From assembly GCF_006345805.1 (NCBI RefSeq), contig NC_043010.1:16244001-16308000 (forward strand): 64,000 bases of DNA, in the 5' to 3' direction. Positions 62,999-64,000 of this stretch are shown here, in pieces. A model generated the notes under the pieces. It was not told the origin of the DNA, ran no database searches, and saw only the letters and a list, made by a program, of their open reading frames with translations. Source of the DNA: Octopus sinensis. Its lineage: Eukaryota. The first letter of the stretch is position 1; each line of letters begins with the position of its first letter. The position numbers and the translations under genes are program-made.

Positions 62999-63097
62999 GT
63001 CATGTTCCTCCGTAACCACGGTATCGTAGCTTGTGGCGAGTCAATTGAAGAGGCTTATCATTTTGCTTTTAATGTCATGAAAGCTTGTGACACTCAG
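62999..63097 (+). CDS. hts: Adducin coding exon (VMFLRNHG...KACDTQ)
   Basis: Acceptor ttttctttgtgtgacag|GTC, donor CAG|gtaaat. 99 nt, phase 0/0. LRNHG...GESIEEA motif. Confidence 0.95.
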
Positions 63098-64000
63098 GTA
63101 AATAATTTCTTCACTTATATTTTGCCACAGATTCTCATATGAGATATACTGTAAAGGCAATTGTAGTTCTGACTTTGGCGCTAAGGCAGGCTCTAAACTG
63201 CTGTTATCAGTTAAGGTTTCTTTAAGCTTTCAGTGATTTCTGTAGTTTAAAAGAATTGACCAAACTTAAATTTTCAGATTAAAATGTGTGGTCTTATACT
63301 TAGATAAAATATTATTATTCTTATTAGTTTAATAAAATTTGTTAATATTAATTTAAATTACTAGAGTTATGATTACTTTTGTGTTATTGGGCATTTTTTA
63401 AATTCATATTTTCATTACAAGCCATAAAAAAAAAAGAATACTATAGCAAATGGATTCTTATAGAACAATTAACTAAATTTCTTTTATTCTAACATTCTCA
63501 AAAAACAAAGACTTTTTTCTAGAGATAATTAGTTTAGATTTAATAACAAAAATCTGATTGTGTTACCTTTTGTTGTAAAGTCAAGTGCATTTACTTAAAA
63601 CTTAAAATTGACATCTCTTTACCTGACACTAAAGACTTGTACTTCTTTTAATATTTAATGTCTGATTGACTAACAAGTAACTAAGGCTGGAGTTAGCAGT
63701 TTGCTGAAACCTGTGGCTGCTAGTTGCCAAAGTCTTTCCTTACTCAGTATTGGTAGAGTTCTACTCAACTGAATTTACCCCCAGTATTTTACTGTTATTT
63801 ATTTCACCAATTCAAAAGCATGGCTGAGCAAACGAGATTCCATCAGCTCTGGTTCCTGATTATTTGCACCTGGAGATAACTGGAGAACTACCGTGAAGTA
63901 GGGTGTCTGGCACGCTGTCATTTCTGTTAACAATAACAGCATGGAAAGATGTGTAGCACAAACATTAAGGGAAGTAAAATGGCCTTTCCAAAATAAAGAG

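Larger units (their letters stand above)
24739..63097 (+). other. hts: Adducin / hu-li tai shao gene, partial (5 coding exons in window; N-terminal exon unresolved, 3' exons beyond window)
   Basis: Manual splicing of five exons gives one open frame: DPDDPEYIRQKQRPAVVKEDVKQMEDRRRVSIVLNSEAFREELEQ...SPVIPILDIRGMESLGYSRQEKILRCKLAACYRLIDFFGWSHGIYNHIT-ARINQEQEHFLLNPFGLLFAEMTASSLVKVD...HLHTPHAVA-VSAMKCGLLPLSQE...[39 protein letters not shown]. These are recognisable adducin head-domain motifs. The four internal intron phases (1,0,0,0) match across junctions. Confidence 0.96.

Overview
AT-rich, repeat-dense animal genomic DNA. The repeat families and microsatellite load suggest a coleoid cephalopod, probably an octopus (inference). 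The window is dominated by one + strand gene, an adducin / hu-li tai shao (hts) homologue with a class II aldolase-like head domain. Five coding exons (24739-24984, 40447-40595, 54712-54942, 58425-58568, 62999-63097) have canonical GT-AG boundaries and compatible phases. The start-codon exon is not identified with confidence and the gene continues past the window end. The flanks and long introns hold decayed R4/Dong-like, RTE and CR1 LINE fragments, two DD37D-type Tc1/mariner fossils, MITEs (pogo-like, hAT, Merlin-like, piggyBac-like) and at least four SINE-like families. The most notable observations are a decayed minimal hammerhead-ribozyme motif in a short retroelement with Penelope-like architecture (37864-38055, with a related 60-bp TSD-flanked insertion at 433-492), an in-frame candidate internal first exon for a head-truncated adducin (62792-62875), a Merlin-like MITE with telomere-type repeats, and inverted SINE pairs that could be ADAR substrates. 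No prokaryotic-type system, CRISPR array, rRNA or true tRNA gene is supported. Repeat boundaries are approximate unless TIR/TSD positions are given.
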